Of a stretch of 64,000 nt of DNA, positions 1 through 9,119 are shown in pieces. The notes beneath the pieces were generated by a model. That model was given only the letters and a program-made list of their open reading frames with translations, had not been told where the DNA came from and did no database searches. Made by a program: the position numbers and the translations under genes. Numbering within the stretch: position 1 is the stretch's first letter; the number at the start of each line of letters is the position of its first letter. Location: the NCBI GenBank assembly GCA_963805625.1, contig CAWDVE010000012.1:1-64000 (forward strand), written 5' to 3'. Source of the DNA: an uncultured Candidatus Rokubacteria bacterium. Lineage in GTDB: Bacteria > Methylomirabilota > Methylomirabilia > Rokubacteriales > DASRDR01.

Positions 1-169
1 CAACCGGACGACGCACGAGTGTGAGATCCTTGACGGACGGGGCATGGTCGTCCTCCCCCGTGCGGTGCGGGTAGCGGTCCCGAGCATCCCCTTCGCCTCC
101 TACTATGGTCTCCTGTCGCGCGCGCCCGAGCGCCGGACCGGCGAGATGCCGGAGCTTCCGTAGGGGCCG

Positions 170-1819
170 ATGCTCCCGCTCGAGCAGCTTCTGCAGGCGG
201 ACACGTGGACGGACGCGCTCGACAAGTATGGGGCCGTGACGCGCTTGACCACGGTCATCTATAAATCCGCTCTGGAACGGGTGCTCGGTCCGGTGCACGC
301 TACGCCACTCTTCGAGGCGGCCTCCGGGGCCGACCATCCCCTGTTTATCGAATGTGCGCGGCGATGCGCTGAAAACGATGCGAGTCCTCTGAGTACAATC
401 GAGCGGTCGGGCATTGGAGTGATCGGCTGCCGCCTGACTGTGGACGGGGCATTCGTGGGGGTCGTCGTGGCCGCGTATGCCGCGACCGCGTTTCCCGCGG
501 AGACGGCCGTGCGGCCCTTTGCCCGGGAGGGGCAGGTGCCCTTTACGCCGATCTGGCACGCGGTGCGTCAGACGAAGCCCCTGACGAAAGCGCGACTCGC
601 CATCTGCAGCGAGTTGCTGCATGTACTGGCGGAGAGTCTTCTCAATGAGAACGTCCGGATGGGAGAGCTTCGACGCGCCGTCGAGCGCCTCGCCGACGCG
701 AACCGGGCCAAGGACGAGTTTCTGGCGATGCTGTCCCATGAAATTCGAAACCCGCTGGGGCCGATCCAGATTGCGACGCACTTGATCGGAAGTGAACAAG
801 CCAACGCCGTGACCAGGGAGGAAGCCCGGAAGATCGTGGACCGTCAGGTCAAGCATCTCGTGCGGCTCCTGGATGATCTGCTCGATGTTTCGCGGATCAC
901 GCGGGGTCGGATCACTCTTTGCAAAGAGCGGGTGAACGTCACCACCGCGGTCGCCAACGCGCTGGACACCATGCGCGCGCTGATCGAGGAGCACGAGCAC
1001 GCGCTGTCGGTGTCATTGCCGGAAGAGCCGCTGGTGGTGGAGGCCGATCCGGTGCGGCTTGATCAAATCATCGTTAACCTCGTGACCAATGCAGCGAAGT
1101 TTACGCCGCGCCGAGGGCGACTGGCGGTGAGTGTCACGCGTGAGCCGTCGGACGCAGTGATCCGAGTCCGAGATAATGGGGTCGGGATCCCGAGTGAGCT
1201 GCTGCCGCATGTCTTTGATCTGTTCCGGCAAGGCGAGCGTCCTCTGGCCCGGTCGGCCGGCGGCCTCGGCATCGGTCTGACCATTGTCCAGAATCTCGTC
1301 ACCCTGCATGGCGGCCGCGTGAGCGCGCACAGTGAGGGCCCGGGATCCGGCAGTGAGTTCACGGTGTCCATTCCCTTGTCGTCCGTTGCCCCAGAGATCG
1401 TCCCGGTGCTGGACAGCGACCGACCGGCCAAACTCTCGACCTCGCCGTCGCGGGTTCTCATCATTGAGGACGACCGGGACAATCGAGACATGCTCCGGAC
1501 GTCCCTCGAGTTGGCGGGTCACCAGGTCGACGTGGCCGACGATGGCGTCGGCGGCGTGGAGCGCGCCCGTGCGATGCAGCCCGATATCGCGCTGATCGAC
1601 ATCGGGCTGCCCGGACTCGATGGCTATGAGGTCGCGCAGCGGATCCGGCGGGACCTCGGGGGCGCGATTCGGCTCATTGCCCTGACGGGCTACGGGCGAC
1701 CCGAGGATCGGCGCCGCGGTGCCGAGGCGGGCTTCGACGCCTATCTCGTGAAGCCCGTGTTCGCCGACCAGCTGGCGCGAGCACTCACGAACCAACGAAG
1801 GGCACCGGCGTCGGAGTAG
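170..1819 (+). CDS. Hybrid sensor histidine kinase/response regulator (PocR-like N-terminal sensor, HisKA, HATPase_c, REC)
   Basis: H-box FLAMLSHEIRNPL, N-box QIIVNLVTNAAKF, G1 DNGVGI, G2 GGLGIGL, C-terminal receiver (IIEDD...DIGLPGLDG...KP). The PocR-like call for the soluble N-terminus is by resemblance only. Confidence 0.9.
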   Translation: MLPLEQLLQADTWTDALDKYGAVTRLTTVIYKSALERVLGPVHATPLFEAASGADHPLFIECARRCAENDASPLSTIERSGIGVIGCRLTVDGAFVGVVVAAYAATAFPAETAVRPFAREGQVPFTPIWHAVRQTKPLTKARLAICSELLHVLAESLLNENVRMGELRRAVERLADANRAKDEFLAMLSHEIRNPLGPIQIATHLIGSEQANAVTREEARKIVDRQVKHLVRLLDDLLDVSRITRGRITLCKERVNVTTAVANALDTMRALIEEHEHALSVSLPEEPLVVEADPVRLDQIIVNLVTNAAKFTPRRGRLAVSVTREPSDAVIRVRDNGVGIPSELLPHVFDLFRQGERPLARSAGGLGIGLTIVQNLVTLHGGRVSAHSEGPGSGSEFTVSIPLSSVAPEIVPVLDSDRPAKLSTSPSRVLIIEDDRDNRDMLRTSLELAGHQVDVADDGVGGVERARAMQPDIALIDIGLPGLDGYEVAQRIRRDLGGAIRLIALTGYGRPEDRRRGAEAGFDAYLVKPVFADQLARALTNQRRAPASE

Positions 1820-2019
1820 TGGCACCGACGCCACGAGCCGCACGGCCGGGGGCCCCACTCGTGCGGGGGGGATCCTTCAGCAAAAGCAACCCAGACTCGT
1901 CGCGGAGCTCGCGATCGAAGACCGACAGTGCCGCAAGGTTCTGGAGCGTTATGAACCGCCCTCGTGAGGATAGCCGTCGCGCCACTTCGGAACACGAAAG
2001 TGGCCCTCGGGCGACCGCC

Positions 2020-2160
2020 AGCCGCCGCCGAAGGACCAAAATCGGGCCTGTCCACGTTACCTACCCCTGGCGGCGCGCCAGGCGGGCCATTCGGTCCGAC
2101 AGATCGCGCCCGTGCTCGGCGTGGGCGTGGCGACGGAGGATCGAATGCTCCGACACCCGA
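2020..2160 (+). pseudogene. Possible decayed C-terminal end (basic motif plus HTH) of a serine resolvase
   Basis: Adjacent frames read RRRRTKIGPVHV then LAARQAGHSVRQIAPVLGVGVATEDRMLR, resembling the resolvase GRP motif followed by the HTH. Frameshifted, and no catalytic domain is visible. Confidence 0.4.
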
Positions 2161-2600
2161 GAAACGAGGGATGCCGCCTTGTTGGCTACTTCAGCAGCTA
2201 CGGGAGCAACGCGCGTTGAAACTGGCTGGTATCGCCCTCGAAATGCTGAATCCTACCCCCGGTCCGACTCCAAGCCCCCGGCAGTGCGAAAGGGGGCTTG
2301 GTAGGGTCGGACGGACGCCCGTCACCCTGTGCGGTCCTGTCGACGGCGCTGTCTAGACTGAGCCGCGATCGTCGCGATGCCTAACAGCCCGTGGCAAAAG
2401 TCCGTCGAGCCGTTTTGCGCCGCAAGAAACTCGCGAATTGGCCGATTTCTGAAGGGTCGGCACGACGGAAAAGGCCCTCAGAGACTTTCACCACGGGCTG
2501 CTAAGAGACCGGCGATGGTGAGTACGCCCACGCTTTCCCAACCGAGTAAGAGAGAGGTGACGACGGCTAAGAGGGGGCAGTGTCAGTCAGGACTGCCCTG

Positions 2601-2620
2601 CGGGCACAATGTCGGGCACA
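2601..2620. repeat. Direct repeat CGGGCACA x2 (12-bp period), candidate integrase arm-type sites
   Basis: Copies at 2601-2608 and 2613-2620, about 60 bp beyond the CCA end of the tRNA-Leu fragment. Confidence 0.45.
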
Positions 2621-2682
2621 GTTGGCCCATTTGGGCTGGTCTGAGACTGAGCGCTCGGGCGGCTAACTATGCGATACTATGG

Positions 2683-2737
2683 TGGTGCCGAAGGGGGGAC
2701 TCGAACCCCCACACCCTTGCGGGCACTAGACCCTGAA
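2683..2737 (-). pseudogene. 3' fragment of tRNA-Leu(CAG), att-like site
   Basis: Minus strand reads TTCAGGGTCTAGTGCCCGCAAGGGTGTGGGGGTTCGAGTCCCCCCTTCGGCACCA: anticodon loop, long variable arm, T arm, CCA. The 5' acceptor strand, D arm and 5' anticodon-stem strand are absent. Confidence 0.85.
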
Positions 2738-2810
2738 ACCGCCCGAGCCCCGTAGTCGCGTGTAGCGCACCATGTCGGTCCGTCTCCTTCAATAGCACGA
2801 ATCATCGCAT

Positions 2811-4855
2811 CTAGACCGAAGTTCCGCCTGTCGCTATAGGGGATGGCGTTGATTTTCTTGGCGAAGGCATGTCTCAGTGCCTGGGCGTTCTGGCTACAGG
2901 GTGAGGGAGACCCCGAGCCGATCGAGAGCGCGCTGCTGGAGCGGGGTCGGTGTCGTGATGGTGTCGAACTCGATCGCCGCGTCTGACTTCACGCGCATGC
3001 GATTCTTCACGATCGTCCGCAGATGGCGCAGGAGCGACTGGAAGCTGTGGACGGGGTCCCCCTCGTCGGTCCGCTTCGTCACCGCTTTGGCCTTCGCCCG
3101 GGGCGACCGCTGGGCCGGCGCCACCACCGAGCGGCGCTCGGCCTCGGCGGCCGCCGGGGCGTCGTCGTCGAAGAGCATGGGGGCCAACGCGCGCCGCATG
3201 TGCCATTCCACGTAGTAGGCCAGCATGCACAGAAAGACGTGCGCGCGGACGCGGTCGGCCTTGCGATGATGGATGGGGCGCACCTTCAAGTCGACGGTCT
3301 TGAGGCTCCGGAAGGCGCGCTCGATGGCGGCAAGCCGCTTGTAGCTGCGCACGGCCTCGGCCGTCGGGAGTCGGTCGACCTCGACACTCGTCCGGAGGAC
3401 GTAGATCCCATCGAGGGCGGCCTCGCGCGCGATGGCCGCCTCGTCGCGCGCGGCCCGGAAGGTCGTGTCGGTGATCTCGAGCGTGAAGTGCTTGCCGACC
3501 TTCCGCCGCCCGAGCACCTTGCCGACCCGGAGCGCGATGCGGGCTTGGCCGCGGAGCGGCCGCGTCGCGCGCGCGGTGGCGGCCGCGATCTTGGCCAGCT
3601 CGGGTTCGGTCGCCTCCAGGAGCTCCCCACGCTTGCGAGCCCGCTCCTCGGCCAAGAGGGGGTTCTTACAGACGATGAGCCGCTCGCCGGGGTAGTCAGG
3701 ATGGGTGATCTCGGCCAGGTCCTGCTGATCAAAGAGCGACAGCGGCAGGACCCCGCCCGCGGCCAGGGCCTGAATCGCCGGGGCGCGCAGCGCGGTAATC
3801 CAGTCGAGCCCCTCAATGGGCCGCAGATCCTCCCGCAGGCGGGCGTCCGTGAGCATCCCGCGGTCGCCGACCAGCACCACGCGCGCGATCCCGAACCGCT
3901 CGCGGATCTTCTTGATCTGCGCCGGGAGGGTCTTGGGATCCCCGGTGTTGCCTTCGAACACTTCGACCGCGACCGGGCAGCCGTCCCCGTTGGTCAGGAG
4001 CCCGAAGACGATCTGAAGCTTGTCCCGCCGCCCGTCGCGCGAGTGGCCGAACTTCGCTAAGGGGCACTGGCGGCCTTCGAAATACGTCGAGGTCACATCG
4101 TAGAGGATGAGACCGCCGTCGGTCAGATGCCGCCGCGCCAGGCCCTGCTCGACGCGCCCTTGCCGCGCCAGGAGCCAATCCATCGCCGCGTAGAGCGCGT
4201 CCTCGTCGGCGTCGGCGACGCCGAGGCTCTCGCCGAGGGAGGACTCCTCGGTCTCCGCCCCGAGCGCCCGCGCCGTGGCGAGCTTGGAACACGGATCCAG
4301 GAGGCGCGCCGCCATCAGGGCCTCGACGAGATCCCGCTCCCGGCGGCGCGTGGCCGCGAGGAGCGCGGGGAGCCCCAACTTCCGCGCCGTGCCCACGACC
4401 GCGGCGACGTGGCCATGGGGCCGGGAGCGGATGACCTCGAACGCGTCGTCGGGCGAAACCAGCGCGTCGCCGCGCACGGCGCGGCGAATCAGCTCAATGG
4501 TCGCGGCCGGGAGGCGGGAGAGATTTCCGAGGGTTTCGTGCTTGACCTGGCCGTCCTGGCGATAGGTGCGCCGCAGGAGGTACGAGCGATAGCGCCGGCC
4601 GCCGTGCGTGCGCGTGATCTCGGCGACGTGACAGGCCCCGGAGGCGCGCGCCATACCGGGACCCTACGCGGCGAGCCGGCGGGAAGTCAAGCGCAATCTT
4701 GGCTACATCGCTTGCCACTCAGAATGGCAGTCCAAGGGGGCAGATGTCTCACATCTCGCCTATACTCTTGGCTACACTTATCAAACCGGAACCGACAGTT
4801 TTCGACACGGTAATGCGGACTTACCTCGCGTGCTGGCAGGGGAACTTCGGGCTAG
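2811..4855 (-). mobile_element. IS1634-family insertion sequence
   Basis: Inverted ends CTAGACCGAAGTTCC (2811-2825) and GGAACTTCGGGCTAG (4841-4855), 14/15 match, enclosing one DDE transposase. The terminal CTAG may be the target duplication. Confidence 0.9.
2894..4654 (-). CDS. IS1634-family DDE transposase
   Basis: Motifs LLRRTYRQDGQVKHETLGNL, LYDVTSTYFEG, VGDRGM, YKRLAAIERAFRSLK, RVRAHVFLCMLAYY. Confidence 0.93.
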   Translation of the reverse strand: MARASGACHVAEITRTHGGRRYRSYLLRRTYRQDGQVKHETLGNLSRLPAATIELIRRAVRGDALVSPDDAFEVIRSRPHGHVAAVVGTARKLGLPALLAATRRRERDLVEALMAARLLDPCSKLATARALGAETEESSLGESLGVADADEDALYAAMDWLLARQGRVEQGLARRHLTDGGLILYDVTSTYFEGRQCPLAKFGHSRDGRRDKLQIVFGLLTNGDGCPVAVEVFEGNTGDPKTLPAQIKKIRERFGIARVVLVGDRGMLTDARLREDLRPIEGLDWITALRAPAIQALAAGGVLPLSLFDQQDLAEITHPDYPGERLIVCKNPLLAEERARKRGELLEATEPELAKIAAATARATRPLRGQARIALRVGKVLGRRKVGKHFTLEITDTTFRAARDEAAIAREAALDGIYVLRTSVEVDRLPTAEAVRSYKRLAAIERAFRSLKTVDLKVRPIHHRKADRVRAHVFLCMLAYYVEWHMRRALAPMLFDDDAPAAAEAERRSVVAPAQRSPRAKAKAVTKRTDEGDPVHSFQSLLRHLRTIVKNRMRVKSDAAIEFDTITTPTPLQQRALDRLGVSLTL

Positions 4856-5063
4856 AGAAGGACTGATTATCTGGGTGCCCCCTGGGGATCCCGGTGACCC
4901 GACCAGGGAGCCGGCGCGTCTGGATCGGACAGCGGCCTTTCTCGAGCGTGCCGGCCTCGCGTACGTCAGCGAGGAATAGTCGCGTTGACCCCTCTCCGCA
5001 GTCGCGGGCGGCTCCCGAGCACCACCGTGGTCCCATTGCCAAGCGCGAGCCGGCCCTGACCAC

Positions 5064-5085
5064 GAACTCGGACAGAACTCGGACA
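5064..5085. repeat. Tandem 11-bp direct repeat GAACTCGGACA x2, candidate integrase arm-type sites
   Basis: Exact copies at 5064-5074 and 5075-5085, about 50 bp downstream of the tRNA-Lys CCA. Confidence 0.5.
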
Positions 5086-5118
5086 AAAAGGGCGGGGCGG
5101 CCCCCGGTGGCCGCCCCG
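5085..5118 (-). terminator. Intrinsic terminator after tRNA-Arg/tRNA-Lys
   Basis: 10-bp perfect stem (5093-5102 with 5109-5118), followed on the minus strand by CCC and TTTTT. Confidence 0.65.
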
Positions 5119-5134
5119 AACTACGTGGATTTGT

Positions 5135-5210
<76 letters not shown>

Positions 5211-5223
5211 ACGAGCGAGCGAG

Positions 5224-5299
5224 TGGTACGCCTGAGAGGATTTGAACCTCTGACCTTCGGATCCGGAGTCCGACGCTCTATCCGCTGAGCTACAGGCGC
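5224..5299 (-). tRNA. tRNA-Arg(CCG)
   Basis: Full 76-nt cloverleaf, anticodon arm TCGGA-CTCCGGA-TCCGA, encoded CCA. Confidence 0.97.
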
Positions 5300-5364
5300 C
5301 CAACCCCAACGGCCGGGTCGAGCCGGAACAGTCGTAAGCACCGCCACTTTCAGACGCGAAGCGG

Positions 5365-5394
5365 ATTCTGCCATGCAGGCCGGGTGGGGGTCAA
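5365..5394 (-). promoter_or_regulatory. Putative sigma70 promoter for tRNA-Arg/tRNA-Lys
   Basis: TTGACC-18 bp-CAGAAT with an extended -10 TG. Confidence 0.55.
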
Positions 5395-5411
5395 GGGGGG
5401 AGGGCTCCAAC

Positions 5412-6918
5412 TGTAGGGAGCACATAATCTGTCCGCTCCCGAGAGCAGATGAAGTGTCCGCTTTGCGGGCGGGTACCGGTAGATCCATGAACAGCCAAGG
5501 AGGTGTTCATGGAGTTTCCGGCGGCCGCCGTGGAGCGGGCGATGACGTACCAGCAGGTGATCATGCGGGCCCTGGCCGGCACGTGGACGTGGCTCAAGGC
5601 GGCCGACGTCTTGGATATTCATCCCCGGAGCCTGCGGCGCTGGCGCGCCCGGTATGAGCAGGACCCGGTGCTCGGCTTGCTCGACCGCCGTCACCGGCGG
5701 CCCTCGCATCGCACGGCGCCCCGCGCGGAGGTCCAGCGGGTCCTGCACCTCTACCGGGCACGCTACACGGGCTTCAACGTCCGCCACTTCCACCACCTGG
5801 CGCGGCGGGATCACGGCGTGACCCTCTCCTACAGCTTCGTCAAGCTCGCCCTCCAGGCCGCCGGGCTCGTCCCCAAGGGGCGCGCCCGGGGCCGCCACCG
5901 GCGGCGGCGCGAGCCCCGCGCCTGCTTCGGGGAGCTCCTGCACCTCGACGGCAGCGACCACCCGTGGCTGGCCCGCTGTCCCGGACAGCGGCAGACGCTC
6001 ATCGCAGTCATCGACGACGCCACCAAGCGGCTGCTCTATGCCCAGCTCTGGCCCGCGGAGACGACCGAGGCGGTGCTCGCCGCCCTGCGGGCCGTCCTCG
6101 CGGCCTTCGGGTTGCCCATGGCGCTGTACACCGACCGCGCCGGCTGGGCCTTCCACACGCCCGCGGCCGGGGGCCGCGTCGATCGGACCCATCTGACCGT
6201 CGTCGGCCGGATCCTGGCTCGCCTCGGCGTCGAGCACATCCCGAGCTATTCGCCGCAGGCCCGCGGCCGGGTCGAGCGCCTGAACCGCACCCTCCAAGGT
6301 CGCCTCGTGAACGAGCTCCGCGTGGCCGGAATCACCACGCTCGAGGCGGCCAACGCCTACCTGCGCGATCAGTTCCTCCCCGATCACAACGCCCAGTTCA
6401 CCCACCCGCCCGCTGATCCCGCCAGCGCCTTCGTCCCCTTGGGCGACGCGGGGGACCTCGATCAGCTCCTGGCCGAGGATGGCGAGCGGCTCGTTGGTCG
6501 CGACAATGTCGTGAGCTTCGCGGGGGTCGCCCTGCAGGTCGCCAAGCAGCCCGGGCGGCGCAGCTGCGCGGGGCTGCGCGTCACGGTACGGCGCCACCTC
6601 ACCGGCGAGCACACGGTCTGGCGCGGCCCGCAGTGCCTGGGCCGCTACGACGCCCACGGCCGCCCGCTTGAGGGCCCCCGCCCGCCCCGTCTCAAGCCCC
6701 TCCAGCGCCGCCCGCGCCCGCTTCCGGCCTCCCGCCCCAAGAACACGCGCGCGCATTTGGCTTCCGCGGGGCCTCGGACGAGGGGGCCGCTATCTCCCCA
6801 TCCCCCCAATCGAGCCACTCCGCGCCGCCGCCGCGGCCCGCGCCTACCGGTCGGCCCCGGAGAGTAAGCGGACAGATTACGTGTCAAAACCAAGCGGACA
6901 CTTCATTTGTCAACAACA
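5412..6918 (+). mobile_element. IS1202-family (formerly ISNCY) insertion sequence with 17-bp target duplication
   Basis: Ends TGT...ACA, paired subterminal TGTCCGCT/AGCGGACA units at each end, flanked by the exact direct repeat GGGGGGAGGGCTCCAAC (5395-5411 and 6919-6935). Confidence 0.92.
5503..6867 (+). CDS. IS1202/ISNCY-family rve-type DDE transposase
   Basis: N-terminal HTH; GELLHLDGSDHPW, IAVIDDAT, LYTDR, SPQARGRVERLNRTLQGRL. Confidence 0.92.
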   Translation: MFMEFPAAAVERAMTYQQVIMRALAGTWTWLKAADVLDIHPRSLRRWRARYEQDPVLGLLDRRHRRPSHRTAPRAEVQRVLHLYRARYTGFNVRHFHHLARRDHGVTLSYSFVKLALQAAGLVPKGRARGRHRRRREPRACFGELLHLDGSDHPWLARCPGQRQTLIAVIDDATKRLLYAQLWPAETTEAVLAALRAVLAAFGLPMALYTDRAGWAFHTPAAGGRVDRTHLTVVGRILARLGVEHIPSYSPQARGRVERLNRTLQGRLVNELRVAGITTLEAANAYLRDQFLPDHNAQFTHPPADPASAFVPLGDAGDLDQLLAEDGERLVGRDNVVSFAGVALQVAKQPGRRSCAGLRVTVRRHLTGEHTVWRGPQCLGRYDAHGRPLEGPRPPRLKPLQRRPRPLPASRPKNTRAHLASAGPRTRGPLSPHPPNRATPRRRRGPRLPVGPGE

Positions 6919-7125
6919 GGGGGGAGGGCTCCAACTGCGCACCGAGGCACCCGGGGGGGGCCACGGTGACAGGTGGACCCAGGCGCATCGGCACTGGGTG
7001 TTCGGCCCGTACACGTGTGACGGGCACGCCGTGCGCGGCGTGCCGGTCGGACGCACTACCGGCATCGCGCCGGAGGCCGTCGACGGCGAGCCCCAGTTTC
7101 CCAGGGCCGGGCGCCCCGCCAGATC

Positions 7126-7593
7126 TCAACGGTCAGGCGCCCCCGTGAGCGCCGCCTCGATGTCCCTGACCCGGTGCGCCGCCGAATGCCCGTCGAGGTC
7201 GCCAGGCCATTCCGGGGAGCGCTCCCGGCAGCCGAACCACGGCGCCGGCGTGCTCGCGAGCGTCCGCAGCACCTCGGAGTGCACGCGACGGTGCCATGCG
7301 ACCACCTCGCTCGGTCGGCGGCGACGCCAGCGGTCGTAGATGAGGCGGTTGATCTGGTTCACGTCGAGACCGCGCATCTCGGGGAGCCGCCTCTCGCCCC
7401 GGATCACGCGAGCGGTGTGCGCCTTCCAGTAGACGATGTGGGCGAGGGCATCCTTGACCGTCCAGGGATCGCGCGTGGAGGGGCGCGGGACGCGTCGCTT
7501 CCAGTCCCCCGGGCGTAGCCGCGCGACGAGGCGGTCGAGCTTGGCAAACTCGCCACGGGTCCGCGCGATGACGGCCTGGCGCGTGTGCCGCAT
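7126..7593 (-). CDS. DinB/ClbS-DfsB-like four-helix-bundle protein
   Basis: WTVKDALAHIVYW motif and C-terminal HxxxH (GHSAAH). Confidence 0.75.
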   Translation of the reverse strand: MRHTRQAVIARTRGEFAKLDRLVARLRPGDWKRRVPRPSTRDPWTVKDALAHIVYWKAHTARVIRGERRLPEMRGLDVNQINRLIYDRWRRRRPSEVVAWHRRVHSEVLRTLASTPAPWFGCRERSPEWPGDLDGHSAAHRVRDIEAALTGAPDR

Positions 7594-7716
7594 TGCCGAA
7601 GACGCGTCCTACCGCGCCGCCATTGCCGCGCGCGCGGTGGCCGTGGTGGGGGGCCTGCCTCCCTGCGGAGGTGGCCGGTCCACCCGTTCCCGCGGGGTCA
7701 AAGGCGCCGAGAGCGA

Positions 7717-7793
7717 TGGTACGCCCGGCAGGGATCGAACCTGCGACCTACGGATTCGAAGTCCGTCGCTCTGTCCAACTGAGCTACGGGCGC
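7717..7793 (-). tRNA. tRNA-Arg(TCG)
   Basis: Full 77-nt cloverleaf, anticodon arm ACGGA-CTTCGAA-TCCGT, encoded CCA. Confidence 0.96.
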
Positions 7794-7848
7794 CCGATCG
7801 ATCCCCGCTCGCCACGTCCCCCGGCCCGGCGGGCCCAACGGGGGAGCG

Positions 7849-7925
7849 TGGGGTGAGCGAAGGGACTTGAACCCTCAACCCCTGGAGCCACAGTCCAGTG
7901 CTCTAACCATTGAGCTACGCTCACC
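7849..7925 (-). tRNA. tRNA-His(GTG)
   Basis: Full cloverleaf with G-1:C73, anticodon arm CTGGA-CTGTGGC-TCCAG, encoded CCA. Confidence 0.97.
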
Positions 7926-7944
7926 GTCCTGGCTCCGGGCCACC

Positions 7945-7973
7945 ATGGTACGGACCGGCCCTGGCCCTGTCAA
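7945..7973 (-). promoter_or_regulatory. sigma70 promoter for tRNA-His/tRNA-Arg
   Basis: TTGACA-17 bp-TACCAT. Confidence 0.75.
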
Positions 7974-8137
7974 ATCGGCGCGGCCCCCATCGGGCGCCTC
8001 CGCCGGCCGGGCCTTACGCCACGGGCGGCGAATGCTCCCTTGCGCGTGGCGACACGATTGGGCATCGCACAGCCGAGCGGCAGCCGACCACGCCAGGAGC
8101 CGGGCTCGACGCGCGCACGGCCGTCTAGCGCGGGAGA

Positions 8138-9118
8138 TCAGACGGGGCCGGTGACCGCGTAGCGCCCCGGCTCCCGGTCGTACCGCTGCTTGCAGCCCGC
8201 GCAGCAGAAGTAGACCGGACCGCCGGGGCCCTCCGACCGGTGGCGCGCCGTGGCTAGAGTCACCGTCATCCCGCAGACCGGATCCCGCGCCTCGGCCGGC
8301 ACCGCGGGCGGAGCGGCCTCCGGCCCCGCCACGGGATGCGGACGCCGGCGGCGGGCGACGATCTCGGCCAGGATGCTGACCGCAATCTCTTCCGGCGTGA
8401 CGGCCCCGAGGTCGAGGCCGGCTGGGGCCTTCAGGCGGCGCAGCCGGTCCTCGGGGACCGCCCGGGCGCGGAGCCACTCGAGCACGACGTGGGCCCGCGT
8501 CGGACTCGCGACCAGGCTCACGTAGTCCGCCTCGCTCCGGAGCGCCTGCTCAAGCGCGTCCTCATCGAACCGGCCGTGGGTCGCCACGACGACGGCGGTC
8601 CGGGGCGTCAAGGGGACCGACGCCAGGGCGTTGACCACGCGGGCGTCCGCGACGCGCTCGGGCGCGGCGGGCGACTCGGGCTCCACCACGGTGACCGCGA
8701 AGCGCGCGGCGGCGGCCAGGCCGGCGAGCGTCTCGACCACCGGGCCGCTCCCCACGAGGACGAGCGCTGGCTTCGGCAGGACCGGCTCCACGAAGATCTC
8801 GAGCGTCCCGCCGCTGTGACAGGTCATAGTGTACTCCCGCACGCCGGCCGCGCGGCCGAGCGGCGCGCTGCCCTTGCCGACCAGCACCAGGAATCGGGGC
8901 TCCCCGTCCTCGAGGCTGCCCAGCGCCTCCTTGACAGCAACCGGCTCCGCACAGCTCCCACCGATCCAGCCCGACACGGAGCCGTCCTGCCGGATCAGCG
9001 CCTTCGCCCCGGGCTTGGCCGAGGTGGGCCGTTCGCAGCGGACCACGGTCGCGACGGCGAACGGCTCGCCGCGCCGCGCGAGCGCCTCGGCCTCGGCGAA
9101 CCAGTCGGCCGGGCTCAT
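8138..9118 (-). CDS. XdhC/CoxF-family CODH maturation factor with C-terminal YHS metal-binding domain
   Basis: PTSAKPGAKALI...GWIGGSC, MTCHSGG, LKAPAGLDLGAVTPEEIAVSILAEI; C-terminal DPVCGMTV...YFCCAGC. Start re-assigned to the ATG at 9118. Confidence 0.88.
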   Translation of the reverse strand: MSPADWFAEAEALARRGEPFAVATVVRCERPTSAKPGAKALIRQDGSVSGWIGGSCAEPVAVKEALGSLEDGEPRFLVLVGKGSAPLGRAAGVREYTMTCHSGGTLEIFVEPVLPKPALVLVGSGPVVETLAGLAAAARFAVTVVEPESPAAPERVADARVVNALASVPLTPRTAVVVATHGRFDEDALEQALRSEADYVSLVASPTRAHVVLEWLRARAVPEDRLRRLKAPAGLDLGAVTPEEIAVSILAEIVARRRRPHPVAGPEAAPPAVPAEARDPVCGMTVTLATARHRSEGPGGPVYFCCAGCKQRYDREPGRYAVTGPV

Positions 9119-9119
9119 G

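Noticed and set aside
1819-2736. Short ORFs between the kinase and the tRNA fragment as real genes
   Set aside because: Low-complexity translations without motifs, apart from the possible resolvase HTH remnant.
2683-2830. Intron-split or permuted tRNA-Leu (TCTAG...AGTTCCGCC at ~2810 resembles part of the missing 5' half)
   Set aside because: That sequence is the IS1634 left inverted repeat and matches 4841-4855. No acceptor-stem complement or intron structure was seen.
5395-5411. Xer/dif-site targeting by the IS1202 element
   Set aside because: No dif-like 11-6-11 site is visible nearby, and the Xer-targeting subgroup makes short duplications.
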